Shown: positions 24,600 to 37,320, counted from the first letter of the stretch. The stretch: DNA of 64,000 nt from the human T2T-CHM13v2.0 reference genome, Homo sapiens (GCF_009914755.1 NC_060934.1); one strand, 5' to 3'. Notes: generated by a model not told the origin, from the letters alone. Program-made: numbers and translations.

Positions 24600-26350
24600 T
24601 ACCATGTGAAATTCTCAAGGTGTTCACAGCTTAACTGAGCTACTATCTTGGAACACAAGTAAAGGGTAATATTGTTCTGCAGAACACAGAGACCTCTGCT
24701 TTCTATAAGGAAAATGTTACAGAGCTCATCTTATCGCCTGGCTCTTAGAGCATGAACGGTTTGAAAGCTTGTGGCGCAGACACGGCCTGTGGCTTATCTC
24801 AAAGACAGGGAACAGTGGGGCTCAGAGGAGAGTGGGAAAATCCTGTTTGTTTCTCTTTATTCCTGGGGACTTGCAGAGACCTAGCAGTGAGCTGGCTCTA
24901 AGAACAGAGGCCCGCCTCCCCGCCCATCCTCGAAAACTGATTCCTCCTCAGGTTCCTAACAATTGGTGTTTTATCACATTTCCACATGCAAAATGTGTGC
25001 CATTCTTCATTAGATTTTCAAGGCTCAGATTGATGAGGGCAAGGTAAGAGCCAGACACAAGGTATAAGAGACAAGGTTTAGTAATGAGTTTGAAATTTAC
25101 AAAACACAGAAGCAAATATGGCTTCAATACACGACGTGACCCCTTATAAGGCTGGAAATTACTCTTCAAAAATCATTCTGGCCTGACTTCAGAGTCGAGT
25201 GGATGCTGGGATACCACAGATTGACTTTGAGAAGTGGGTTGGTATTGCAGGAATTTTTTAATTTCCTGTAACTCACAACAATTTTCTCCCAGTGAGACTT
25301 AGAGTCACTCCTGCGATGGTGCGCTGACCGCATTTGCTGAACAATCTGCTGCAAGAACCAGCTCAAGCAGAAAAGGAATATGTCAGGAGGAAGGGGACAA
25401 ATGGGATTACCTTAATAAAAGTCATTAAAGGTTTTGAAAAGTATTTCCAGGTAAACGAGGGACCTGTTGCTTAAACAAATGTGTCCAGGTAAACGAGGGG
25501 CCTGCTACTTATGTATTTCAAAAAGTGAAATAAAAATGGCATCACTTACACTTCTGAACTGAAAAGAATTTGGGGAAAGCAGATTATTATGAATTATTTT
25601 TAATAGCTTCTTAATTAGCCCTTCAAACAGGTTTTTCAAAATCCCCAAAGGTGTCTAATTTGCATGACATGTTTTTACTTTTCTACGCATCTCATTAGCA
25701 GCACTTTGTTTTTTTAACCTAACAGCAAGATGGTATTACAACACTTTCAGAAGGTGGACCAAGAAAAGACAAGAAGAGAAAAAAGAAAAGAAAAGGAAAA
25801 AATCCTTAAATTATTGCTCCAAAAAAGTCCTGCGTTTCTTTTTCCATCTTCATGATGTCTTGCTATATTATCTCAGGGCACTCATTGGAGCTTATCTGTC
25901 TTTCAGAAATCACTAAACAAATCCGTCAGAGCAAAACCGTGGTGTGGAGGATGGTCTATTGGATGCGATCCACTGGGGCAAAGATTTATTAGGCGGACAA
26001 CCCCTTCTTCTACCCAACAGCAAATCCATTACAATAATGGGCTTCGAACCCATCTGCAGGCAAACAGCGGGTCAGGAGGAGCCCGATGTGTGGACACTGA
26101 GCAATCTGAACATGGCTGCCTTTTACAATGTGTGAAGCCAGGCAGAAAAGCAGCACATTTGATTGAGAACAGAGGAGAGCGGCCAGAATCTGCCTTCCCT
26201 TTGCTCCCGCTTCCGGGGGGATTCATGGCGGGGGATCTGGAGGCGACACTTGGCAGCCAAGGGCGTGGGGCCAAATGGAGGGCCCGGAACTCAGAAAGAG
26301 AGGAGGGGGAGCTAATTAATGCTTTGTCCTGCCTGCCCTTCTCTCCTCCC
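24600..26350. promoter_or_regulatory. Repeat-poor island, candidate enhancer
   Basis: About 1.7 kb without a repeat I can recognise; several TAAT/TAATTA homeodomain cores, forkhead-like cores and retained CpGs. Inference only. Confidence 0.4.
25446..25511 (+). repeat. 28-bp direct repeat, period 38
   Basis: tccaggtaaacgagggacctgttgctta (25446-25473) vs tccaggtaaacgaggggcctgctactta (25484-25511), 3 mismatches. Confidence 0.9.
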
Positions 26351-26384
26351 TACCCCCAGCGGCCAACAACTACCACCACCATAA

Positions 26385-26730
26385 TACTAAAGAGCAATAT
26401 TATCTGGTGCTTACCATGTGCTAGTTCTTGTGCTAAGTGCTTTCCTGGAATTTTCTCCTCTTTATCCTGGCAGCAAAATAAACCCTATTTGTTAGCCCCA
26501 TTTAACAGATAATAGCTATTTAATAGCTACTTGTATTGAGTACTTCTGTGTGGCAGGGCCTGTACTTTATTTGTATTAATTCAATTAATCACCACAACAG
26601 CCACTGGCATGGGTACTATTTTGGTCCCCATTTTACAAATGAGGAAAAGGAGGCAAAGAGACGTAACTTGACTTGGTCACACAACTGTGATCAGCAGAGA
26701 TGGGATTTCAACCCAGGTTGTGGGACACCA
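26385..26730 (-). mobile_element. Two adjacent MIR SINEs
   Basis: 'tgcttaccatgtgctag...cccatttaacagat' then 'tattgagtacttctgtgtggcagg...cccattttacaaatgaggaaa'. Confidence 0.8.
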
Positions 26731-26744
26731 TCTGTTATCATCCC

Positions 26745-26980
26745 TCAAGGCCCATCCTAGTTGCCTCTTTCCTCCAGGAAGCCTTCTCTGACTTTCCCAC
26801 AGATCTGCGTATCTCATTCTTCCTCAGCCATATTTCATTATTTGTGCAGTCCTCTGAAATGATAAACCCCTGGAGAGCAGGGGCCGTGGTCTCCCCATGA
26901 CACACCTCCATATTCGCAGCATTACCCAGCCTGATGCCTGGCACATAGTAGGTACTCAAGACATAGTTGTTGAATGAAAC
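26745..26980 (+). mobile_element. L2 3' end
   Basis: 'ccaggaagccttctctgac...gcctggcacatagtaggtactcaa...ttgttgaatgaa'. Confidence 0.85.
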
Positions 26981-27619
26981 ATCTAATCAAAAAGCAGCTT
27001 TAGTTTTGAATCTGGGCATTGTTAGGAGACAAGGGCCTGATGTTGCTTATTACATTTCAAGGTGATTTTTTTTTTCTTTTTTTTTTTTTCTTACTCACTA
27101 ATGGAAAATTCTCTTCTGAAGTCACACTCATTAGCACTCAGAGGCTGTTGTGGCAAAAGCTTTCTAAAATAGCCCCAAGTTTATTTGTGGGAGGGAAAGG
27201 AGCTAAGCCAGAGACAAAAGTATTAAGGCTTGGCATGCCGGAAAAGTTTGAAATGTGGGGGCTGGCTGCCTCTCACCTCGGTCCCGGGGCAAGGGTGGGA
27301 GATTGCCGGGCCCCAGAGGGGCTAGTTAGATTTTGTGTTTAGGGAGAGAGCAGCAAGGAGGGCTAAAAAGGAATGCACCAAAGCCACGTGGAAATGATGT
27401 GGTGTCGTTTTATCTTTTCGACAGACCTAGTTTCCAGCAACACGGAACTAATCAACAGTAGTAAACGTCTTGTAATTGGCACCTCTTTTATTATCAGACG
27501 CATAAATCAAGGAAGCTTCTCTCTCCAGTTGGAACAGGAGCTCAATAAAATTGGTGCAGTTCTCTGCTGTAGGGAAAGGGTTCTGTTTTTCTCCGGGCTC
27601 TCTTTGTTCGTGTTATATC

Positions 27620-27795
27620 ATGACGTGCATTTTACATTCATGATCCCATTTTAACTCTTCCAACAACCTTTGCAGTAGATTTAATTCCCATTTTGCGGAT
27701 GAAGAATCTGAGACTTAGCATCTGTCAAAAGAAACAAAACCACACAGTAAGCTGGGATTCGAATCCAGGACTTTCTGATGCAAGATCCCACAGAC
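27620..27795 (-). mobile_element. MIR SINE
   Basis: 'cccattttgcggatgaagaatctgagac...gctgggattcgaatccagg'. Confidence 0.75.
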
Positions 27796-28621
27796 CTAAT
27801 GACATTGCTGCTGCTGTCTGCCTGACTGTCCCGCCCTTTCAGAAAGAGCACACTGATCAGTGGGTGGAGCTTCTGGCTGCATCCTAAAGGTGTCGCAAGG
27901 TCCCCACCTAGCCTACCTACCGCGTGACTCACATGTTACTGCTAAAGGGATGCCTTGGGGTTAAAATACTGTCCACAGATGTTTTGGCTAAAAGACTCAA
28001 TAATAGAAGTGCTCTGGTCTGGACTGAAAGATGATAGTTAGAAGCCGGAAAGAGGGGATAATAAAATCTACCTGATAGGATAATTGTGACAAGAAACTGA
28101 AACACTGAACGTAAGACTGTGGGATGGTGCCATCTCCTAATCACCATCATTATTCATAGCTCTGCAAGGCTGCTGTGGAGACGCTATGCAGTTTTCTCCT
28201 CCACTGCATTCAGCCAGGGTTGATTGGGGGCTTGCCCTGCGTGCGGCCACAGGTCCTCCTGCAGACACCACCCCACACACACTGTATCCTCCCAAGGAGA
28301 AAGAGTGGAAAGCCAGCCATACAGCAAATGCTCCCCAATTGCTTCTTCTTCTTGAAAACTTAGGTATGTGGACAGAGTCAAGGAAAGGCTAGATGTCGGG
28401 CCTCCAGGAGCAGTCAAGGGTGAGGGTGGAAGGCCCCGTCCTGCGTCTGTCTTGTGATGGCAGCTGGCTTGTGAGAGGGTCTTGTGGCCACAGTATTAGG
28501 CCTCTGCCTGGACCCTGCAGGCCAGTCTAGGAGCACTGCAAACACAGTGAGATGCCACTTTGGGATGTGTAAAGGTGACCCATGCTGACAGGAGAGGCTT
28601 CAAGGCCTTTCTGATTCAGGA

Positions 28622-29020
28622 TGTAGGTAGACACTTCTAATGTTCACCTCTGTCTGATTCTTCCCTCCTTCTGCACACGAGCGGATTACATTTCCTGGGC
28701 CTCTGCTGTTTGATGAGCTGTGTGAGTCATTTTAGCCAATGGACTGTGGGTTGAAATGATGCATTTGTGTCTTCCCAGCTGAAACATTTGATTGCCTGTA
28801 TGAGATACTATTCTTCCGCTGTTTCAGCAAAAACCCTGAATATTGTGTTGAGATGGTAGCCTAATAAAAAGATTCTAGAACATTCTGTAACATAACAGAA
28901 CACCCCTCCCTCCCCACTGACCTGCCTTGGGCTTATACTCTGAGCAATACACTTACCTTTATTATTTGACATCATGAAGATTTGGGGTTGTTCAGGAAAG
29001 CCTCTTACCTTACTGATACT
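28622..29020 (+). mobile_element. MLT1J-like MaLR solo LTR
   Basis: 'tacatttcctgggcctc...ttagccaatggactgtggg...agatttggggttg...actgatact'. Confidence 0.7.
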
Positions 29021-29069
29021 AACTGATAACATTTCCTCATTTTGGAATTCACCCGTTTCCCTCTATCAC

Positions 29070-29330
29070 CTCCTGAGTGTCCATGGCTGGCTCTTCCTCT
29101 TCTTCCTCACTAAAGTTTAGAATGTCATCTTTCACATGCAGATGTCCTGACCATCCCATAAAATATCCCCTTCCATATGCTCTATCATGCCACCTCGCTG
29201 ATCTCTTCCATTCGTGTATTGATTTGTTTCTATCTGTCTCTCACATCAGACTGTACATCCCATAAGGACAGAGACTGTGCTGTTTTATCCACTACCTTAT
29301 ATACCCAGCGCTTAGCACCATGCTTGAAAG
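29070..29330 (+). mobile_element. L2 3' part
   Basis: 'catggctggctcttcctc...agactgtacatcccataaggacagagactgtg...cccagcgcttagcac'. Confidence 0.75.
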
Positions 29331-29574
29331 AATGTCTCAGGTGAGGAAATCAGCTCAGAGAGAAGTGACTTGCTTGAAGCCACACAGCAGGCAGCCAAGG
29401 TGAGCCTGGCCCCTGGTTGCCACTCTCCCCAGGTGGATGCTCTTTAATGTCTCCGTTTAATCCCGGGCCAATGGTCAAGGTTTGGGAAAGATTTTCAATG
29501 CTGCTGTTGTCGTCAGGCCTTCGGGGAATAAGAAAGCCTGAGCCTTGGATTGGGAGGTACCTCGGAGGTAAGAG

Positions 29575-29760
29575 CAGGGTCCAAGAGCTGAGTCTTATCC
29601 GAGGCTCTATACCTGTGTGAGCTTGGGCAGCTCACATCACTTCTCTGAGGCTCAGTGTCCTCATTTGGGAAATGGGGAAAAATTAGACCTACCTCAGAGG
29701 CTTATTTGTGAAGACTAAATGAAATAATGTATATAAAAAGTTCAGCACCATACCTCATAT
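29575..29760 (+). mobile_element. MIR SINE
   Basis: 'ctgtgtgagcttgggcag...tctctgaggctcagtgtcctcattt...acctacctcagagg'. Confidence 0.8.
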
Positions 29761-29762
29761 CA

Positions 29763-30312
<550 letters not shown>

Positions 30313-30512
30313 CTACAAGGCAGCTCATCCCACATCCCTTCTTACAAATGAGACACTAAGGCCCAGAGAGGTTAGAGACTTGGCTAAGCTCACACAGCTC
30401 ACTAGAGGGAGAGCCAGCTGTACCCTTGGTATTAATTGGAGCCACCGTGCCCCTTCTGCCCAGGCAATTCATCGTGTCTCAAGGCAGAAATACCACGTGT
30501 CCTACTACCAAG

Positions 30513-30725
30513 CAGTGGTTCTTGGCCCTGGATGATTTTTTCCTTCCAGGGGCTATTGGACAACATCTGGAACGTTTTTGGTTGTCACAATTGGAGGGTT
30601 GCTACTGGCATTTAGAGGACAGAGGCCAGGGATGCTGGTGAATGTCCTACAATGCTCAGGACAGCCCCCCTCAACAAGAAGTTATCTCACCCCAAATATC
30701 AATCGTGCCAAGCTTGAGAAATATC
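30513..30725. mobile_element. MER20 hAT-Charlie MITE
   Basis: 'cagtggttct...tttttggttgtcacaa...gctactggcatttag...gaggccagggatgctg...cctacaatgc'. Confidence 0.9.
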
Positions 30726-30814
30726 ACACTAAAGGCTTTTCATAGATCAGAAGGGGAAATTAGTTTGGGGGTCAAGAAGCAACTGTTCCACTCCCCCTGG
30801 ATGATACTACAGAA

Positions 30815-31050
30815 TAATAACAGCAACTCACACCAAGAAATTGATTTTACAAACACCAGACGCTTTCATAAGCATAGTATTATTTAAGCCTCATGGTAAC
30901 CCTGAAAAGGTAGGTGTGATTATTCCATTTTACAGATATGGAAATAGAGTATCTGAGAGTGGGTATGACCTGCCCAAGTCCACACAGGCATGAAGCAGAC
31001 AGGAGCAGGGCTAGGAGCCAGATGTGTTCACTGCTGTGGCTTTGCGTTAG
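30815..31050 (-). mobile_element. MIR SINE
   Basis: 'aggtaggtgtgattattccattttacagatatggaaa...cctgcccaagtccacaca'. Confidence 0.75.
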
Positions 31051-31734
31051 ATACTCCAGCTTCTTCTCATGCTAGGACCGGGCCCTGAGTGAGACAGAGT
31101 GCCTGTGTTCTATGATGCTAGAGTCTGGGGAAGGAGGGACCCATGACCATTTAGAAAATAGATAACTTCCCAGCTACCTAAAATAAATTACTCAGTACAT
31201 TCCACTTCACTGAGTCTCACTGATCAAAGTTAAGGATCATTAGGAAAAACAAATCCTGGGTCTTGGGAACCACTTCAGGGTGAGTGTGAAATTTTAACCT
31301 GGCTGGGGAGATTTGCAGTAGCAAGCTAGGGCTGGACTGCACACTTCTGATACCAGCTGACAGGTTTGTGGACTCAGGGAGAAGCAGCATCTGCTCAGAA
31401 TAAAAAGGCAATATTGAGTTTCTCTTCCAGGAGTCAACAGCCTTCTTGCTTCCTGTTCCCAGTCACCTGCAGGGTGGTGGCTAGCTGGCTTCCCAGCATA
31501 ACTAGAGATGGGATGCTAAGCTGCTACCTCTCCACTCTTGGTATTGGAGCTACCAGGCTGAGAAAGACCAGGGCTAGCTGGGGCTCCTTGTCCATGAGGC
31601 CTGCAGGAGCAAATGTTCAGTCTTATATCACCTCCCACTCCTTCATCCTCATGCTTGGCAAAATGCTTTCACATGCTTGCAAATTAACTTTCGATGTAAC
31701 TATAACCAGTCCCTTTTCTTAGGATCATTGTGAA

Positions 31735-31990
31735 TCGATTAATCATTTATTGAACACCTACCATGTGCTGCAGATTCAATGGTGAGTGAATCACACAGGC
31801 CCTGGAACTCATAGAGCTTATTATTTGAGATGTGTGGAGGCGGGGGTGGATATGTCATCAATACATCAGGTCAAAATGTGACACATCAACAATGACATCA
31901 CAGGAGATTGATCTATTGGTGGTCAGGGCATCAGACATCAATGTCCCTGGAGGAAGGGACACTGGGCTGGCATTTAGTTTGTCAGGAGGA
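31735..31990 (-). mobile_element. L2 3' end
   Basis: 'catttattgaacacctaccatgtgc...ctcatagagctta...ccctggaggaagggac'. Confidence 0.65.
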
Positions 31991-32415
31991 GTAACTTCTG
32001 CTCTTAGAACCTCCTTATTCCAACCTCTTCATTGAGGTTCTCAGTACACAGAACTGGGAGCCATTGGGTGGGATGAAGTGTCAAGAGGATGAGCTGAGAG
32101 TTCCTGTAATTTATCCTGGCAGCCTGGCTCAGAGTGAGGGCAGGTATGCCAATACCTGGTGCTGATGTTCATTTCATCTACCAGCCATTATGAATGGACT
32201 GAGCACCTATAGTGCTCCATGCACCACGCCAGGCCCTGGTGAGCTGCAGCTTTCACAGAGCTCCAGTGCAGCTGGGGAGGCAGACTCAAGGATGAGCTCA
32301 ACACAGAAGTGGCATCGCCATCGCCTACACGGGCACTTTACTTGCTCTTAAATATTTGTGTAGGGTAGAAAGCACGCACATATATCAAGGAATGAAAGCA
32401 TTAGAAGGACACTGG

Positions 32416-32778
<363 letters not shown>

Positions 32779-32784
32779 TTACCT

Positions 32785-33030
32785 GTTCTCTAGTTCAGCT
32801 CAGAAGTTATCTCTTCAGGGAAGTTTCCAAGTCACCTGGCTCTAGCCCAGGCTCTCTGCCTGGCCTCATGGCACGTAATTACATACTTGTGTGATTACTG
32901 ACTAATATCTGTCTCTCCCATTAATTTATGAAGTTCTCAAGAGCAGGGACCATATTTCTGTTTTGCATCCCCTGGGATGCCTGGCATATAGTAGGTATTC
33001 AGTAGATGTTTGTCAGATGAACAAATAATA
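32785..33030 (+). mobile_element. L2 3' end
   Basis: 'tctgtctctccca...gagcagggaccat...gcctggcatatagtaggtattcagtagatgtttg'. Confidence 0.75.
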
Positions 33031-33264
33031 CACAGCCACTATTGTAGCAACCACAGTGAGAAAGCCATGAATGGTGCATCTTCCCCTCTCTTTCAAGGAA
33101 CCATTCAATGCATTATCAGATTCCTCTTGCCTTTAGATCCCCTAAACATTCTGCAGGGCTGATTTGAACAACCCTGATCTCCAGATGAGAAAATCAGGGC
33201 TCACTCCACGCTCAGCACATCATTGGGGATGCTCATCTGGGCTGCTGCAGATATGACGTCCCCC

Positions 33265-33440
33265 TAGTTCATGGACTCTATACTTGGGCTGTACATTAGA
33301 ATAATCAGAGGACTTTTGAGAACTACCCCTGCCTGGGGCCCACCCCCAGAGGTTCTTTCAGCTGCTGGGGGTGGACCCTGGCCTCGGTGTTGTTAAAATG
33401 CTCTCCAGCCAATTTCAACTTGCAGCTAGAGTGGAGAATA
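33265..33440. mobile_element. MER5-type MITE
   Basis: 'ggctgtacattagaat...gcctggggcccacccccagaggttct...aacttgcagc'. Confidence 0.6.
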
Positions 33441-33829
33441 CATATCTAGCCACAGTCAGAGAACCAGAGGGTGGAACCCCACCTGCATTCTACCCATGAA
33501 ATACCAGGAGCCCAGAGAGAGGCAGAGCTCACTGAAGGTCACACAGCAAGTAGGAGGCCTGGCCTGGACTAGCAGCCAAGCTCTACAAGAGTGCCCAGGA
33601 GGCCATTCCCCTGTGTAGGAGAAGCAAACTTCTCCTGAATCCCCTCAACTCCTCCACCCCAGAGCAGGATGCCTTTCAGACAGAGAGAAGGGGGCTGCTT
33701 CTCAGGCTGAGCCTCAGAGCCCCTGAACCCAGTCTGATGGAGGGGCTGTGTGCAGTGAGTGGGCCAGGACCAGGGGCAGCCAGTGCTCCCCGTGGGCTCA
33801 CAGAAACCCATCCTCTTGTCACCCCGGAC

Positions 33830-34314
33830 CCCAGGGTAAAAGCACCTGACAGCAATAACTTAAGCATACTCTTCAAATGACCCTCTATGGCAGACATACC
33901 TGAATGTGTGTTCCAAGCTAGGGAATCTGCGAGTGGCCAGCCTGGTGGTTCATTCCTTATCTATGAGGAGCATCTGAGCCCCTGGCCTGTTCTATAGAAC
34001 ATGGGCCGTATAGGGGATCGAGGCCCTGAGTTTTGGGTTGGATGAAGATTGCCAGGTGGAGGTTTTCGAGGGGAAGGTGTTAAGAGAAAATGCTATAGAA
34101 ACTGCATGCTGTTTGGGAGTGGTTTTCCCACCCAGCCCACTGCCACTGGGGTATAGAAAGGTAGATACCTTGTCCAACCCACCGCCACTGGGCTCTCGCC
34201 CCTGTCACCCCCTAATGAAACCTCTTGTCTTATTTGTTGGCTCTGGATCTCTTCTTGGGTCTCTTGAACCTGATGCCTTCCCTACTGAGGTTAATAGGGG
34301 TTTGGCGCAATACA
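33830..34314 (+). mobile_element. LTR47-like ERVL solo LTR
   Basis: 'cacctgacagcaataacttaagcatac...gggatcgaggccctgagttttgggttg...ccctactgaggttaataggggt...ca' recalled as LTR47; degenerate TATA gctatagaaa near 34092. Confidence 0.75.
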
Positions 34315-34499
34315 CTCACTCCTGCTGGAACATGGCAACATCATGCCTGGCCCCCAACAGGGCTGGGACTCCTTGGTGGGGAGAAGGTGGTCTCCTCCCA
34401 GCCTGGGACCTGTTCAGGGGCAGCCTCCCCCGGACCAGAGATTCTGGAGCCTCATGGGGAAAAGGCCTCATTTTGCAGCCCTTGGAAGCAAGGAGGGGT

Positions 34500-35560
34500 C
34501 TCCTGCGCTGGAGCGCCGGCCTCAGTGATCCGCCTGCATACCCATTCCTGGCAGAGGATTAGAACACCCTTGCCCAGACTGGGCTCCAGGATGGATGTGG
34601 AGAAGCAACCAAATGTCCCTCATTAATCACCGGCTCCATCTGGCTCCCCGCTCGATGGTTTTCAGCTGACTTGAAAAAGACCCAATTAGATCAAAACATT
34701 TTGACAATTTATCTTATGGCATGAGCAGGTCCAGATCGAGACTGTGATTTCACCATCCGTGAGCGAGGAAGGAACCCGGGCGTGGGTCACGCACGGAGCT
34801 GGGGAGATGAGGGGATCTCCCCCAGCCGCCTTCCTGTGAAAGTGGCGCAGCCCCTCCCGGCGGCTGCCGACCCTGTGAATTCCAGGGCGGGGGATAAGAC
34901 GTACCCACTGCAGGATGATGTGTGTCCTTCCGTTTGGGTGGGAAAGGTCCACGGTAGGGGAGTCTGGGGTGGGGAAAGGAAATGGACAGCCAGAAACGAC
35001 AGATATTCCAGGCAGCTTGGCGTGCGGGTGTTGAGCACAAAGCAGATTTAGAAGTCAAGATGTGGCTCAGGCCAGGCCTGTTCTAAGTCCACACCCACAA
35101 GATGCCTGGGTACCCAGCCCCTCAGCCTAAACAAGAATAGCCCCGATTTCCGGCTGATTCTGGCCTTCCTGAAATGGGCTCGGCAGACTCCAGCAATTCC
35201 CACACTCTCCTTGCAGGGCTGGCAACCTGCCAGGGTCATGGGTGTGGCCCATCCTTGGGGCAGTCATTTCCACGAGCCCACGGCCCTTGGTTCTTAGGCA
35301 CTGTGTATGGTTTGGCTGCCCCCTTGAGGGTCCACCGGGCAGCTCAGCAGTCCCGGGAGAGAGCCCCCAGCAGGCAGCACCACCCCACGGGGTTTGCTCC
35401 CCCCGAGCCTCTCCTGTGTGTCCCAAAGGTGCCCGAGGACTGGAAGAGCAAATTAGAGAGTCTCTCCCAACAACTTCATTCCCCAGCCCCCAGGCCAGAC
35501 ACGGGGGCGCTGGCACACACACCGGGGTGAGGAAACCGGTCTTGCTTCTCTTGGCAGGAC
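34500..35560. promoter_or_regulatory. GC/CpG-enriched non-repeat segment, candidate promoter or enhancer
   Basis: About 20 CpGs counted by eye in 34620-35040, far above the rest of the window. Confidence 0.45.
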
Positions 35561-35844
35561 TCCTCACTCCTGCCTGCCAGGCTGGGGAGGGGCTTGAGTG
35601 TGCCCGCCTGCCACGGCCCTTCCTGGTGACCTCTGGGCTCAGGTTTTATGTGGGGAGTGACGTGTGGGGCTCCTTGCTGCCTCACCTGGGGGGGCTTTTA
35701 GGGACAGCCCCAAGGAGATGACTCTCCGGGGAGCTGCATGCCCTACAGACCCCTCACTCACATTCCCCAGCCCAGGCACACCAGGCAGATCTGCTCCTGC
35801 ACCCGGTGGGTTGCAGTCCCCCGACCTGTCATGTCTAAGGATGT

Positions 35845-35852
<8 letters not shown>

Positions 35853-35902
<50 letters not shown>
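35853..35902. repeat. (AC)25 microsatellite
   Basis: Perfect dinucleotide run, preceded by alternating purine-pyrimidine tgtgcgcacat. Confidence 0.97.
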
Positions 35903-35903
<1 letters not shown>

Positions 35904-36606
35904 AGTGTTCCCACAGACTCTCACCACCTTTACCCCACTTTCTCAGACTCTTCAAATACTTCTCACTCGTGTGCCCCACTCTACTCTGTCCACAGACACC
36001 CATGCCCTGTCAACACACACTCATTCACAAAAATCCTGCTCCCTACCACACATGCCACACACGTGCACACCTGTGGAATAGCAGGTCATCCAGGGACCCC
36101 ATCTCAGTTACCCCTCAGTTCCTGGGCATGGATGTACTCACATGTGCACATGAATGTGTACACACATGTGCATACATGCACCTTTCTTCCAGATATACAG
36201 CTGGTTGGGGGACAGAGGCTGGCAGGTGACCAGATAGAGCTGCTGTCCTGCAGAGAGCCCAGGCATGTAGGGCAGGGCCCTGAAAGGCTGACCTCTACGG
36301 CTCCGGTTCCCAAGTCAATCTTCCTCCACATTGCCCTTGACTTCTATCTTCCCCTTATTGGCATGTCTTCCCGGATCCCTGACACTCCTTTCCCCCTCTA
36401 TTTCCATGTTGTTCCTTCAGGAGCTTGTTTCTCTTGTCTCTTTCTGGACAGAGTTAGCTTGCCTTCCCCGGATTCACTTACTCTATGGGCTTTTATAGCC
36501 TTCCTCAGCCCAGCTCCGAGCTTGATGTTTTCTTCTCTTTAATGTTCTCCCTTAGGAACCCAAGGATTGGCTGGCACAAAGGTTCCATCCAGCAGGCTGG
36601 TAAGGC

Positions 36607-36670
36607 AGATGGGTCTCCAAGGAGAGATGGGTCTCCAAGGGGTGATGGATCTCTAAGGTCAGATGGGTCT
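36607..36670. repeat. 18-bp tandem repeat, about 3.5 copies
   Basis: agatgggtctccaaggag / agatgggtctccaagggg / tgatggatctctaaggtc / agatgggtct. Confidence 0.9.
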
Positions 36671-36850
36671 GGTTCTTGCTTTGGGTCAAACCATCTTCCC
36701 ATCTTTGGAAAATGGTGATGGTCCTTGGGGAACACTGGCTTAGACGATGACCAAGGACTCTTACAGGGCTATTGGTCTATGAGCCTTGGGCGTCCTGTGC
36801 CCACTGATGCCACACCCAGCTGCAGCATTGCCTTATTAGACTTGGGTTGC

Positions 36851-37320
36851 TGTATTACTCAGAACTCTTTTATTTGCAAATGACAGAAACCCAACTCAAA
36901 TAGGTTTAAGCAAACAATATGTCAATTGGCTTAGGTCACTGGGAGGATGAGGAGGATCGCTGCTGGGGACGGTGGCCGATTCTCTCTCCACCTCTCCATG
37001 GATGTGTCTGTGCTGCCTCGTGCTGTCATCCATCTTTGTGGCTCCCAGCAGCTCTAGAGACATAAACACAGGATTTGTTATCTAAGGAAGGAAAGCTATT
37101 ACCCCTCTCCTCCTGGCTTGGAAAAAATGAAGATCTCTGACCATCTCACCTTGAGTCATGGGCCATTTCCAGGACGAACCTAACCTGTTTGTAGGAGGTG
37201 CTCTACTGTGATTGGTCGACGCTGGGTATGATCCCACCCTCATGGCTAGAGTGGCAGGATCCTTTCTCATCAAGATCACTGAAGGAGGAACAGTGGGACA
37301 GGACCCCACATGTGTCTGAC
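36851..37320 (-). mobile_element. MLT1K/L-like MaLR LTR
   Basis: 'tgtattactcagaactct...ttgcaaatgacagaaacccaactcaaa...ttaagcaaa'. Confidence 0.7.

Noticed and set aside
25446-25511. CRISPR-like repeat-spacer pattern (also the 18-bp repeat at 36607)
   Set aside because: Only 2-4 units, no unique spacers of suitable length, no cas genes, primate genome context
27750-27770. tRNA T-loop-like GGATTCGAATCC
   Set aside because: It is the B box of an antisense MIR; no cloverleaf
34038-34626. Overlapping 174-aa and 133-aa ORFs
   Set aside because: Start inside the LTR, stop-poor GC-rich DNA, no similarity to retroviral or cellular proteins that I recognise
35664-36542. Longest ORF (292 aa)
   Set aside because: Non-ATG start, kept open by GC-rich sequence and the (AC)25 run (HTHTHT); no recognisable domain
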